64,000 nt of DNA from an uncultured Bacteroidales bacterium (lineage in GTDB: Bacteria; Bacteroidota; Bacteroidia; Bacteroidales; VadinHA17). The stretch covers positions 24,143 through 88,142 of the forward strand of contig CAVSZL010000018.1 in assembly GCA_963732435.1 (NCBI GenBank), written 5' to 3'. Of this stretch, positions 1 to 10,196 are shown piece after piece. The notes under the pieces are model-generated. The model was not told the origin of the DNA and ran no database searches. It saw only the letters and a program-made list of their open reading frames with translations. Made by a program: the position numbers and the translations under genes. How positions within the stretch are numbered: the first letter of the stretch is position 1; the number at the start of each line of letters is the position of its first letter.

Positions 1-119
1 CTGTGGCAAGAACCACAGCTCAGAAGATTGAGATGAAAGGCGAGCCGGTAAATATCCACAATATAACAGAATCGGTTAAAAAGGAATTCAATGAAGTAAG
101 GAAGAACATGAAATTATGA
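1..119 (+). CDS. C-terminal fragment of a PspC-domain protein (partial, runs off the window start)
   Basis: Not in the ORF track. Frame from nt 3 reads VARTTAQKIEMKGEPVNIHNITESVKKEFNEVRKNMKL*, resembling the A-x-T-T-A-x-K-x-E-M-x-G-E-P-V-N segment that follows PspC domains in Bacteroidota proteins. Lies directly before padR. Confidence 0.55.
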   Translation, partial: VARTTAQKIEMKGEPVNIHNITESVKKEFNEVRKNMKL

Positions 120-170
120 GAAGTATTGATTATCAAAAAATTGAATTGTAACATATAAATTTTACATATC

Positions 171-497
171 ATGGATTTAGAAAATACAAAAGCCCAGATG
201 CGAAAAGGGATACTTGAGTACTGCATCCTTTCGGTACTATCAAGAAGTTCCTGTTATGCAAGCGACATAATAAAAGAATTGAAAGAAGCACAGGTAATTG
301 TGGTCGAGGGTACTCTCTACCCATTACTTACCCGGCAAAAGAATGCAGGATTACTCAGTTACCGCTGGGAGGAATCCCAGCAGGGACCTCCCCGCAAATA
401 CTATGAACTTACTGATGAAGGGCGGACTTATCTGGCCGATCTTGATAAATCGTGGCAGGAGCTGGTTGAATCAGTTAATCTTATCAGAACAAGGTAA
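171..497 (+). CDS. PadR-family transcriptional regulator
   Basis: 108 aa; MRKGILEYCIL...EGTLYPLL...W...GPPRKYYELTDEG winged-helix PadR signature. Confidence 0.95.
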   Translation: MDLENTKAQMRKGILEYCILSVLSRSSCYASDIIKELKEAQVIVVEGTLYPLLTRQKNAGLLSYRWEESQQGPPRKYYELTDEGRTYLADLDKSWQELVESVNLIRTR

Positions 498-527
498 TCC
501 GATTATTAACCATTTAAACTGAAAACG

Positions 528-2126
528 ATGGAAAAGACAATTAATATAAATCTAGGCGGCACACTCTTCCAGATTGATGACGATGCCTACCGGATTCTTC
601 GCGACTACCTTCAGGCTGTAAACAACCGGTTCAAAAATGTACAGGGGGGTTATGAAACTGTTGAGGATATAGAATCTCGTATAGCTGAAATATTTCAATC
701 TCAGAAAGGAGTTGGTGGAATTATTTCCCTCAGGAATGTTGTAGAAATGATCTCAATAATCGGCAAACCTGAAGATTTTGACATGAATAATGAAGCTGAG
801 CCTGAACCCGGGCTATACACCTCCCGGAGAAGAAGGATGTACCGTAATCCTGACGATTCAATAATCAGTGGCGTTTGTGGCGGCATAGGTGCTTATCTTA
901 ATACCGATCCTGTCCTGTTCAGGATCCTGTTTGTTCTCTCCGCACTATTTTTTGGAACCGGTTTTCTTCTGTATATTATACTTTGGATTGCCCTTCCATA
1001 TGCCCATACCGAGACACAGAAAAAGGAAATGTATGGAAGCGAATACCTTTCAGTGAAATCAAATCAAAGACAACCTGAAGGTACCAGTTCATCTGAGGCT
1101 CATTTATATGGTACAGGATACAACAAAACATCAAAGGCAGGTAATGCATTTAATGAGGTCTTCAGGGCAATCAGCAGAGCTTGCTATATCGTACTGCGTA
1201 TCTTCCTTATTATTTTTGGAATAGTATTTGTCCTTACCGGGACCCTGGCAATTTTAAGCTTTGTCATGATATTCATATTTAAATATCCCGGATCATTTTC
1301 AAGTGAGGCATTTGATATGAATCTGGCATACCTTCCCGATTTTTTAAATTATATTGTCAATCCCTCAGTTAAACCATGGATAATTGCCCTCGCCTCAGTT
1401 TCCTTTATTTTGCCAATGGTTGCGCTTATTTACTGGGGTGTAAAAATGATCTTCTGGTTTAAGGCAAAAGATGGTGTTGTAAGTCTGATTTTCTTTGTAA
1501 TCTGGGCTTTATCTATTGCATCTTTAACATATGTGCTTATAAATGAAGGGTTAGAATTTGCTGATTCAGGTAAAAGTATAACTCAAAACGTCATCTCACC
1601 TGTTCCTGATACTCTTTACATTAAGAGTCTGAAGGAATTATCAGACCTGCAATATGATGTTGAATTCAAATTGGATGGAGACGATTATGCTGTTCTGATA
1701 AATGATTCGAAGAAAGAACTGTACTTCAAACCTTGTGCAAACATATATAACTCCGGGGAAGGAGTTCCAAGAGTTGAAGTTAGAAAGCGTTCAGCAGGCC
1801 GCACAAAACCAGATGCTGCAAAGAAAGCTGAAGAGTTGATTTATAGTTGCAGTCTGACCGGTGATACACTTCAAATTGATGAATATTTCACAATTCCGGC
1901 CGGGCGCAAATGGTCTGCCGACAATGTGGGTGTCAATATATACGTTCCAAAAGGTACAATTGTGAAATTTGAGGGAACTGCTGATGATACTTTCGGATTA
2001 AATCCGGATTATGATGATGAAGAAAATTATTTGTCTTCAGGTAAGATGAATGCCAGCCAAAAGCTATGGATTCTTACCGATGATGGTCTCGAATCACTAA
2101 TCAGTCAGCCAGTCAGAAAAAAATAA
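528..2126 (+). CDS. PspC domain-containing membrane protein
   Basis: MEKTININLGG N-terminus; PspC motif MYRNPDDSIISGVCGGIGAYLNTDPVLFRILFV; several TM segments; follows padR. Confidence 0.9.
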   Translation: MEKTININLGGTLFQIDDDAYRILRDYLQAVNNRFKNVQGGYETVEDIESRIAEIFQSQKGVGGIISLRNVVEMISIIGKPEDFDMNNEAEPEPGLYTSRRRRMYRNPDDSIISGVCGGIGAYLNTDPVLFRILFVLSALFFGTGFLLYIILWIALPYAHTETQKKEMYGSEYLSVKSNQRQPEGTSSSEAHLYGTGYNKTSKAGNAFNEVFRAISRACYIVLRIFLIIFGIVFVLTGTLAILSFVMIFIFKYPGSFSSEAFDMNLAYLPDFLNYIVNPSVKPWIIALASVSFILPMVALIYWGVKMIFWFKAKDGVVSLIFFVIWALSIASLTYVLINEGLEFADSGKSITQNVISPVPDTLYIKSLKELSDLQYDVEFKLDGDDYAVLINDSKKELYFKPCANIYNSGEGVPRVEVRKRSAGRTKPDAAKKAEELIYSCSLTGDTLQIDEYFTIPAGRKWSADNVGVNIYVPKGTIVKFEGTADDTFGLNPDYDDEENYLSSGKMNASQKLWILTDDGLESLISQPVRKK

Positions 2127-2158
2127 GTTTTCATTTTCATTCCTTTTTCTTCTACGGC

Positions 2159-2193
2159 ATCCGGTATCCTTAATTGGGTACCGGATTTTTTTT
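2159..2193 (+). terminator. Rho-independent terminator
   Basis: ATCCGGTATCC-TTAATT-GGGTACCGGAT stem followed by a T run, 33 nt after the pspC stop. Confidence 0.85.
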
Positions 2194-2311
2194 ACAACAT
2201 TTCATGATAAATATATTCTTCCTGACTTCTGGCACTTTCAAGTTTTGATGTAGTTGCTATTATAAATTGATTGTACCACACTGACATCTCAAACAGAACT
2301 TTTTCTCAGCC

Positions 2312-2457
2312 GGCCTCTCCCCAAACCCCCCGACGCTTACGGTCGGGGCAGGCTCTCCCCCGAAGTGGGAGGGGCTTAAATAGAAAAATGTTAACTATAA
2401 CATCCTGAATAACTTCCCCCTCTCACACCGGGAGAGGGGGACTGAGGGGGAGAGGCC
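2312..2457. repeat. REP/MITE-like palindromic intergenic element
   Basis: Terminal inverted repeat GGCCTCTCCCC...GGGGAGAGGCC; internal hairpins CCCCGAC..GTCGGGG and CCCCCTCTC..GAGAGGGGG. Confidence 0.7.
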
Positions 2458-2615
2458 AGACTATACCAAATCCTTGAGATATCGGCTCTGGTGTCAGAGG
2501 TAGGTTCCAAAGAAAATACCTACACATAAAGTTCTAAAACCATTCGCAATTTAGAGCTCAATGAAATCATCTTACTTGAAATATTTATATATTTGAGAAA
2601 CATTAAATAAAAAGT

Positions 2616-3680
2616 ATGAAAAAGTTTATTCTTATTTTAGTTGGAATTTTCTTAATAGTCAATTTCGGTGCAAATGGGCAGGGATTTTTAAAGAATGTCA
2701 CAAAGTCAGTAACAGATGAAGTTTTAGGTAAACCAAAAGCGAGCACTCAGGAAGTACAGCCTGAACCATCCAGTGCATGTGATAATGCGGAACTTATATT
2801 TGAGATGTCTGATAAAATCATACTTGATTATACTGAAATGAATATCACCTCATCAGATGACGGAAGTTTATATATAAAGGATCGTGCATCGGGGAAAAGC
2901 TATATTGTTAAGAATGGAAAAACAGAAGGCCCATTTGAACCAGACGATCCAAAAATTGCACAATTCGAAACTTCAGGTCAGGGTAATAGTGATCAGGATG
3001 ATACTGATATCGAACGTTTTATCCGGGCTAACAAACCTTATATTTCCCGGTCAGGAGAAAAACTCCTTATAACCTTCGCCGGTAAAAAATACGGCCCATA
3101 TGCCCAGATCATGAGTTTTGCCGTAACAAAATCCAAAGAAAAGTTCGCTGCAATTATTATTGAGAATGTACTTATGAATGAATCACAGGGCAATGAGATG
3201 GAGAAGGCAATGGAAAACGCCAAGAATGACCAGGAGCGGATGGAACTGGCCATGCAGATGGCACAACAGATGCAGGAAAACATGATGAAAGGAGGCGATC
3301 CGACCAGCACTTCGCCAAAATTTGTGAGCAATATTTCCAATGCAACTTTCGATCCAATGAAATCAGGACTGGCCACACTTAACGGTAACGTAAAATATGA
3401 TGATATAGTAATAATTGATAATGGTAAAGTAACTGACCTTCAGGGCAAAACCCTGATTACCATAAAGCCTGAGCTTACATATGCTGAAAATTTATTTATC
3501 AATTCTTCAAATACCAGGTATGCAACATATCAGTATGGCACTCTTACCTTTAGTGACAATAAGACTCTTTCGGAGCTTTTTAATCTCCGCATGGTAAAAG
3601 CTGATGGGAAAACCTATCTGGCATATATGTATTTTTCTCCTAAGAGAAATGCAATTATGCAATGTAAAATTCCATTCTAG
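2616..3680 (+). CDS. Hypothetical exported protein
   Basis: 354 aa ORF with signal peptide MKKFILILVGIFLIVNFGANGQ; Met/Gln-rich helical middle; no family recognised. Confidence 0.8.
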   Translation: MKKFILILVGIFLIVNFGANGQGFLKNVTKSVTDEVLGKPKASTQEVQPEPSSACDNAELIFEMSDKIILDYTEMNITSSDDGSLYIKDRASGKSYIVKNGKTEGPFEPDDPKIAQFETSGQGNSDQDDTDIERFIRANKPYISRSGEKLLITFAGKKYGPYAQIMSFAVTKSKEKFAAIIIENVLMNESQGNEMEKAMENAKNDQERMELAMQMAQQMQENMMKGGDPTSTSPKFVSNISNATFDPMKSGLATLNGNVKYDDIVIIDNGKVTDLQGKTLITIKPELTYAENLFINSSNTRYATYQYGTLTFSDNKTLSELFNLRMVKADGKTYLAYMYFSPKRNAIMQCKIPF

Positions 3681-3699
3681 TCCGGTTAGTATTTGAAAC

Positions 3700-4422
3700 G
3701 TGTTATATAACCTTTTTGGGAAACTATTCCTGATCATTCTCCTTTTAACAGGATTGGAGAAACCATCCTGCTCCCAGCCATTAAACTACCAGAAGTTATT
3801 TGGCGATGACTGGATCACAGCCCAGAATTTTGTAAAAGAAAACAGGGTATGGATGGAACCGGTTCTTAAAAAAAATCACATCTCATATCCGCTGGCAATT
3901 GCTGTTATTTTTCCTGAGCTGGTTAGGTATTCCGCACTGCGTGATAAAATGGAGATATCAGTCCTGAAGGCATTGTATATTAACCTTGGCGAAAACTATG
4001 CCAATTTTTCCATAGGTCAGTTCCAGATGAAACCCTCTTTTGCAGAGATTATCCGCGTTGAATCTTCATCGGTTTTAAAACAGCGGTCGGGAATTAAATT
4101 TAAAAAACTTACTGAATTTGAAGATATAAAAGAATACAGGAAATCAATAGTTATGGATTTGGAAGATCCTGAAATTCAATTCAATTACCTGGTAGCCTTT
4201 ATTAAAATATGTGAAAAGAAATTTGACACTAATGGCAAAAATGAAACTGATAAGCTGAAATTCCTTGCCACTGCCTATAATTATGGTATCGATAAAAGTA
4301 TCCTTCAAATCAACAGTATGATTGATAAGAAGTTCTTCCACACTAAACTATTAAATTCTGAAAATTACTCATATGCTGAAGTATCACTCTTCTGGTATAA
4401 CCAGTATATTGAGGGGAAATAG
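3700..4422 (+). CDS. Exported protein with probable lysozyme-like / lytic-transglycosylase fold
   Basis: FPEL (candidate catalytic Glu), SIGQFQMKPSFAE (GxxQ hairpin) and ATAYNYG (cf. AAYNAG) in the SLT motif order. Confidence 0.55.
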   Translation: MLYNLFGKLFLIILLLTGLEKPSCSQPLNYQKLFGDDWITAQNFVKENRVWMEPVLKKNHISYPLAIAVIFPELVRYSALRDKMEISVLKALYINLGENYANFSIGQFQMKPSFAEIIRVESSSVLKQRSGIKFKKLTEFEDIKEYRKSIVMDLEDPEIQFNYLVAFIKICEKKFDTNGKNETDKLKFLATAYNYGIDKSILQINSMIDKKFFHTKLLNSENYSYAEVSLFWYNQYIEGK

Positions 4423-4554
4423 AACTCCTTATACAGTTGATATATATATTAATTTAAAAATTACCTGATCTTTCCTGTTACCGGCTTGCATTCATTTTTC
4501 AGATTTAATATCTTTATAGTCTTAACTTAAAACCAGAAAAAAATTACCCGACTA

Positions 4555-5475
4555 ATGGCAATACCAACATCAAGAACAAAAGAAAAAGGGGAAATACGGA
4601 TAAATGAGGAAAAGTGTATCGGTTGCGGCGATTGTGTTTCTGTTTGTAAAGATTACAGTCTTGAATTAAAAGACGGAAAGGTCAAAATCAGCAGTAACTC
4701 TGTTTTCGGATGTATTGCCTGCGGTCATTGCATGGCAATTTGTCCGACAGATACTATCGAAATTCATGGAAGGACTTTATCACCTGATGATCTGTTTGAG
4801 TTACCACCTGTCGAGAAAATTTCAAACTATGATCAGCTTTTGTCATTATACCAGAGAAGAAGAAGTGTAAGAGAGTTTATTGATAAAGACGTTGAACCGG
4901 AGAAAATTGAAAAAATATTAGATGCTGCCAAAACAGCCCCGATGGGTTTACCTCCTTCTGATGTTAACTTATTAGTCCTGGATAGCAAAAAGAAAGTAAG
5001 AGCATTCGCTGGTGATTTCTGTGAATATCTCGAAGGTATGAGATGGTTCGCTTCAGACTGGTTTCTTACAATTATGCGTCCCTTCTGGGGAAAAGAAAAT
5101 GATGAGCTTTTCAGGGGATTTATTAAACCTCTCTTCAGGATCTATCCGGGTGAGATGAAGAAAGGGATCAATGTTGTTAATTATGATGCTCCTCTGGCAA
5201 TATACTTTTATGGATCACCATATACTGATCCTGCCGACCCGATTGTAGCAGCAACGGCCGCAATGTATGCAGCAGAGTCTTTGGGTTTGGGAACATGTAT
5301 GCTGGGTGCTGTTCATCCTTTTATTCAGAATGGTAAAAAAGCAAGAAAATTCAGAGAAAAATATAATATCAGGTATAAAAGCCGTGAAGGATTATTCGTT
5401 ATTTTCGGATACCCGGCTGTTAAATACAGAAAAGGAATCAAAAGGACATTTGCTTCTGTAATTAGAATGAATTAA
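4555..5475 (+). CDS. Nitroreductase family protein with N-terminal 2x[4Fe-4S] domain
   Basis: CIGCGDCVSVC and CIACGHCMAICP; RRSVREF...AKTAP nitroreductase motif; AAESLGLGTC. Confidence 0.92.
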   Translation: MAIPTSRTKEKGEIRINEEKCIGCGDCVSVCKDYSLELKDGKVKISSNSVFGCIACGHCMAICPTDTIEIHGRTLSPDDLFELPPVEKISNYDQLLSLYQRRRSVREFIDKDVEPEKIEKILDAAKTAPMGLPPSDVNLLVLDSKKKVRAFAGDFCEYLEGMRWFASDWFLTIMRPFWGKENDELFRGFIKPLFRIYPGEMKKGINVVNYDAPLAIYFYGSPYTDPADPIVAATAAMYAAESLGLGTCMLGAVHPFIQNGKKARKFREKYNIRYKSREGLFVIFGYPAVKYRKGIKRTFASVIRMN

Positions 5476-5498
5476 TAATCAATTAAATACTTATCATT

Positions 5499-5978
5499 AT
5501 GAAAACTTTTTACTCTCTTTTAATCTTGGGTATGCTGGCTTTCTCATGTAACCAGGCACCTGAACAAACTACCACTTCTCATATGCAAATGCATACTGAA
5601 TCAGCTGCCCCTGCAGATTCAGTAAGGGATGGAATGTTTATCCATATAACTGAGTGCTATGATGATCCGCACAGGGTTCTGATGCCGTTAAAAATGGCAA
5701 CTATGATGGCAAAGGACAAAGATGTGATTGTTTACATGGATATTCATGCCGTTCTGCTTCTGGTAAAAGGAGCAAAGGACATCACATTCGCAGATTTTGA
5801 ATCAGCACATACATATATTAAACAACTGGTTGCCAATAATGTTGGAGTTTATGCCTGCCCTACCTGTCTTAAGATCGCGGGGTATGCTCCTGAAGATCTG
5901 ATGGAGGGTGTTCAGGTCGCTCAGAAAGACAAGTTCTTTAACTTCACTAAAGGAAGAATAATAACTCTTGATTACTAA
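5499..5978 (+). CDS. DsrE/DsrF-like family lipoprotein
   Basis: Lipobox LAFSC; DsrE-like VIVYMDIHAV..LVK and VYACPTCL. Confidence 0.75.
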   Translation: MKTFYSLLILGMLAFSCNQAPEQTTTSHMQMHTESAAPADSVRDGMFIHITECYDDPHRVLMPLKMATMMAKDKDVIVYMDIHAVLLLVKGAKDITFADFESAHTYIKQLVANNVGVYACPTCLKIAGYAPEDLMEGVQVAQKDKFFNFTKGRIITLDY

Positions 5979-6063
5979 CAATATTTCTTATTATACTTTC
6001 AAAGTATACCCAGTGTGTGCAAAGTAAATACATAGAATTTGTATTAGTTAATTATAAATTTAC

Positions 6064-7209
6064 ATGATTACGGACAGAATTAAAATTAACAGGAATGAAC
6101 TGTCCGGTGCTTTCGGCGACATTGGTACTGATTTGCCACTGATTATTGGGATGTTGCTGGCCACTGATCTTGAAATTTCAAACACCCTGATAGTATTCGG
6201 TGTTTTGCAAATAATGACTTCTTTGATATATGGTATCCCAATGCCTGTACAACCGCTGAAAGCAGTTGCCCTGATAGTCATTACGCAGAATATTCCGGGT
6301 GCGGTTATCTGGGGGGGCGGATTTGCCATCGGAATTATTATGCTGATCCTCACTTTAACCGGATTAATTGTATGGCTCAACAAGGTAATCCCAAAAACCG
6401 TTATCAGGGGTATTCAGCTTGGACTTGGCCTGCAGTTATGTCTTTTATCTCTCAAAGACTATATCCCTGCTGATGAAACCAGTGGCTATATTTTTGCACT
6501 CATTGCTTTCATTATAGGACTGATCCTCATAGGAAACCGCAAATATCCCCCGGCAATTTTCATTATGGGTTTAGGTCTGATCTACATGTTTATTTTCCAT
6601 TTTAATATTCTGTCTGATATCAGGTTTTCTGCTCCGACATTTACTATTCCGCAACTCTCATATCAGAATATTCTTTCGGGTTTGATCCTTCTGGGAATTC
6701 CACAAATTCCACTCTCTCTCGGAAATTCAATATTTGCTACTAATCAGATTGCACAGGACCTTTTCCCTGAGAAGAAAGTGACAGTAAGGAAAATCGGCCT
6801 TACCTATTCTGTTATGAATATAATAAGCCCCTTTCTCGGAGGTATTCCTGTTTGTCATGGTTCCGGAGGAATAGCAGGACATTACACCTTTGGAGGCAGA
6901 ACAGGAGGATCTACATTGATTTATGGATTATTTTACCTGATCCTTGGGATTTTATTCAGCGGAAATTCTGTCGAAACCCTGATGATATTTCCCAAACCTA
7001 TGTTAGGCGTAATCCTTCTTTTTGAAGGAATAACACTTATACTCCTGGTAAAAGATATTATTGTTGACAGAAATATGTTCTTTATAGCAATCGTTGTTGC
7101 AATATGCGCAATCGGACTCACTAACGGGTATCTGATTGGAATGGTAACAGGTACTGTAATTTATTATTTTACAAATAAAATATTCCTGAAAAGTTATGGA
7201 AAACAATAA
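6064..7209 (+). CDS. Putative molybdate/sulfate transporter (MOT1-like)
   Basis: ELSGAFGDIGT, PMPVQPLKA, PVCHGSGGIAGHY.FGGRTGG motifs; highly hydrophobic. Confidence 0.85.
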   Translation: MITDRIKINRNELSGAFGDIGTDLPLIIGMLLATDLEISNTLIVFGVLQIMTSLIYGIPMPVQPLKAVALIVITQNIPGAVIWGGGFAIGIIMLILTLTGLIVWLNKVIPKTVIRGIQLGLGLQLCLLSLKDYIPADETSGYIFALIAFIIGLILIGNRKYPPAIFIMGLGLIYMFIFHFNILSDIRFSAPTFTIPQLSYQNILSGLILLGIPQIPLSLGNSIFATNQIAQDLFPEKKVTVRKIGLTYSVMNIISPFLGGIPVCHGSGGIAGHYTFGGRTGGSTLIYGLFYLILGILFSGNSVETLMIFPKPMLGVILLFEGITLILLVKDIIVDRNMFFIAIVVAICAIGLTNGYLIGMVTGTVIYYFTNKIFLKSYGKQ

Positions 7210-7240
7210 TTCAACCTGCTGCTTTTATTAACTAATTCCA

Positions 7241-7627
7241 ATGAAAACACTTAAAACTCCGGGTAACATCGATGATTATATTGAAAGCTTTTCTCCACAC
7301 ATCCGGGAAATGCTGACAGAACTGAGAGCCACGATTAAGAGAGCTGCTCCTGATGCGGTAGAAAAAATCAGTTATCAGATGCCGACTTTTTTTCTGAAAG
7401 GAAATCTGGTTCATTTTGCCGCATATCCAAATCATATCGGATTCTATCCTGCTCCCTCTGCTGTTGAATTATTTAAGAAAGAATTATCCGTATATAAGAA
7501 TGCCAGGGGGTCAGTTCAGTTTCCTCTTGACAAGCCTCTTCCATTGGATCTGATTACCAGAATTGTAACCTTCAGGGTGAATGAAAATATTAAAAATGCA
7601 GAACGAAAGACAAAAAAAACCAGATAA
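7241..7627 (+). CDS. DUF1801 / YdhG-like protein
   Basis: IDDYI...LRATIKRAAPDAVEKISYQMPTF...HFAAY.NHIGFYP...KGS-type VQFPLDKPLP. Confidence 0.9.
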   Translation: MKTLKTPGNIDDYIESFSPHIREMLTELRATIKRAAPDAVEKISYQMPTFFLKGNLVHFAAYPNHIGFYPAPSAVELFKKELSVYKNARGSVQFPLDKPLPLDLITRIVTFRVNENIKNAERKTKKTR

Positions 7628-7872
7628 CAAAGAATTGAATTTCAGAATTTAAGCCTTAATGCTTAAATTTCAAAAAACATAAATTGTGACCTGATTATAT
7701 GTAAAAAATAAACTTGGTATCCCCAGAAACTTTTACAAACAATTGTTGTTATAATGCTAACAAAGATTAATATTAAGCTAGTTACAATGAAATACAGGGG
7801 GAGCCATTATTATTGTTACTTTAATAAATAGTACGAAAGCTTACCAGCTGTTTAAATTAAAACCTTTCAGAA

Positions 7873-8343
7873 ATGAAGTCTATACAAATCGGAGATATGA
7901 TCCCTGATTTTTCCTTAAAAGATCAGGATGGAAATCATTTCCACATAGGGACTTATCTTGGAAAGAAAAAACTGGTAATTTTCTTCTACCCTGAGGATGG
8001 AAGTCTTAATTGCACAAAAGAGGCCTGTTACTTCCGCGATCTGACAGATATATTCAACGAAGCTGATGCCGTACTGATTGGAATCAGCGAACAATCTGTG
8101 GAAAGTCATAAGAAATTTGCAGAAACAAACAACCTTACCTATACCTTGCTTAGTGATAACAAGAATGTGGTAAGAAAATTATTTGGCGTACCGAGCAGAG
8201 CTTTCGGTTTTATTCCCGGAAGGGTAACATATGTGGCCGACAGTACAGGAAAAGTAGTTTTTATTTTCGATTCACAGCTTGAAACCCAGCGGCACGCTGA
8301 TGAAGCTCTTAAGATCTGTCTTCTTCTGAAAAAACATGAATAG
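7873..8343 (+). CDS. Peroxiredoxin, BCP/PrxQ type
   Basis: FFYP....LNCTKEACYFRD (PxxxT/SxxC variant with second Cys); GRVTYV. Confidence 0.88.
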   Translation: MKSIQIGDMIPDFSLKDQDGNHFHIGTYLGKKKLVIFFYPEDGSLNCTKEACYFRDLTDIFNEADAVLIGISEQSVESHKKFAETNNLTYTLLSDNKNVVRKLFGVPSRAFGFIPGRVTYVADSTGKVVFIFDSQLETQRHADEALKICLLLKKHE

Positions 8344-8399
8344 CGTAAAAACCTGATCTTTTTTAACACTTTCCCCGGCAGCTCTGATAAAAACACTTA

Positions 8400-10169
8400 T
8401 TAAAATAACCTGCATGTACCCATGTAACAGTCTTGGTTTACACTCCCCCTTAACTGAACAGAATTTACGGGTATGCTGTCCCAGGAGATTGGTGTTTCAG
8501 AGGTAAAAACATGAAATAATCCATTGTTTAACAATGCATTAATGTTGTAAAAATCTGACTGAAACGGCCGCCGGTAATCTACTTTTTTGGGATCTTCTGA
8601 ATTTAATATTGCTACTCGTGTCAGACCCATTTCTGCAAGGCTTACACTTGAAGGGACAGGATGATCAAACCAGGAAGCATAAACAGTCTGAAAATCGTCA
8701 GCATTAGATTCTATCCATTTTTCATCCTTCCTAAATGATTTAACATAACCTGTCATTTTAAGCATCAGATCATTCCAGGATGCATCTGTCTCATTTAACA
8801 TACTTATTGCGGTAAGTGTTGCTCCTGCATCAAATAAAAAGCCCTGTTTTTGAAATACTCCCTTGTAATATGAATGACCGAGAGATGAGCCATCCCAGAA
8901 TTTATCAATATTATTATGCATGACAGAAGCCGCTTTATCAACCAGTTCAGACTTATTAAGCCATCGGCCTGCCTGCAGCAAAGCTATTACAATAAGTGAA
9001 TTTATTCCGCTGATAACCTTATCATCTTTTGAAGGTTGTTGCCTGTTATTCCTGACAGCCAGCAGTTTCCTTTCGATGTCATTCAGCGATCTGTCATGCC
9101 TCTTTATAAGGTGATTCAATCCCTCAAAATTGCCTTCCTTCCTGATATAATATGCATCAGAAAAAATCCTGTACTCATCCTCTGTAAGAATATTACTGAG
9201 TTGTTCCTGGCTCCAGAGATAGGTTGCCCCCTCCTCATGATCTGTATCAGCATCAAATGCTGAGATATATAATCCTTCATGTTCAAAGCACTCTTCAAGA
9301 CAGACAAGGATCTTCTCTGCCATAACCTTATACTCATTATTATCCAAAACCTTATATGCAATTGAGTAGTACCATAATGCCATAGCCTGATCGTAAAGCA
9401 TTTTTTCAAAATGAGGAATTGTCCATTCACGGTCGACACAATAACGATAAATTCCGCCCTGCAAATGATCATTAAGTCCCCGCATCCTGATAGCCTCAAG
9501 GGTTTTTGTGCAGATTTCCCTTATTTCAGGATCTTCTTCTATAGATAAATGATATAAAAGATATAGTAGCGTTGAATGTGGAGGGAATTTCTGACCAGAG
9601 CCAAATCCTCCGGATTCGTAATCGAAATAAGCTGTCAGCTCGCTAACAAGTGATCCTTCAACAGAAACCGGTGGCTCCTCTTCCCCAGAGATAAATGGAG
9701 TAATATCTTCACCATGAATACTATAGTAATCATATACTTTCCTGGCAATATCAAGAAATGATAACCGTCTGCCATCACTCCTCAGCGGAGCGTAAGTGAG
9801 TGCGAAAAAGGGCTTTAAGTCCGGCGTCAGAAACACATTCAAAGGCCATCCTCCGCTTCCACTCTGAGAATTGATGAAATGCATCATATACTGATCGATA
9901 TCCGGTCTTTGCTCCCTGTCAATTTTAATACAAATGAAATTGCTGTTAAGGTAATCAGCGGTTTCACCATCCGAAAAAGCTTCTCCGGCCATTACATGAC
10001 ACCAATGACAGGTTGAATAGCCGACCGAAACCAAAAGAGGTTTATTGGTTTTGACAGCCAGACCCAGAATATCAGAACTCCACTCCTGCCACCAAACCGG
10101 GTTATTGGTGTGCTGGAGCAGATAAGGGGAAGATGATTTATCGAGATTATTGCGGCTGGGATCAAACAT
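8400..10169 (-). CDS. Thioredoxin domain-containing protein (DUF255, YyaL/SPATA20 family)
   Basis: SPYLLQH..NPVWW, GYSTCHWCHVM, DREQRPDID, GGWPL, WTIPHFEKMLYDQA. Confidence 0.95.
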   Translation of the reverse strand: MFDPSRNNLDKSSSPYLLQHTNNPVWWQEWSSDILGLAVKTNKPLLVSVGYSTCHWCHVMAGEAFSDGETADYLNSNFICIKIDREQRPDIDQYMMHFINSQSGSGGWPLNVFLTPDLKPFFALTYAPLRSDGRRLSFLDIARKVYDYYSIHGEDITPFISGEEEPPVSVEGSLVSELTAYFDYESGGFGSGQKFPPHSTLLYLLYHLSIEEDPEIREICTKTLEAIRMRGLNDHLQGGIYRYCVDREWTIPHFEKMLYDQAMALWYYSIAYKVLDNNEYKVMAEKILVCLEECFEHEGLYISAFDADTDHEEGATYLWSQEQLSNILTEDEYRIFSDAYYIRKEGNFEGLNHLIKRHDRSLNDIERKLLAVRNNRQQPSKDDKVISGINSLIVIALLQAGRWLNKSELVDKAASVMHNNIDKFWDGSSLGHSYYKGVFQKQGFLFDAGATLTAISMLNETDASWNDLMLKMTGYVKSFRKDEKWIESNADDFQTVYASWFDHPVPSSVSLAEMGLTRVAILNSEDPKKVDYRRPFQSDFYNINALLNNGLFHVFTSETPISWDSIPVNSVQLRGSVNQDCYMGTCRLF

Positions 10170-10196
10170 TTCTAATTTTGAATTTACCGGGATTTA

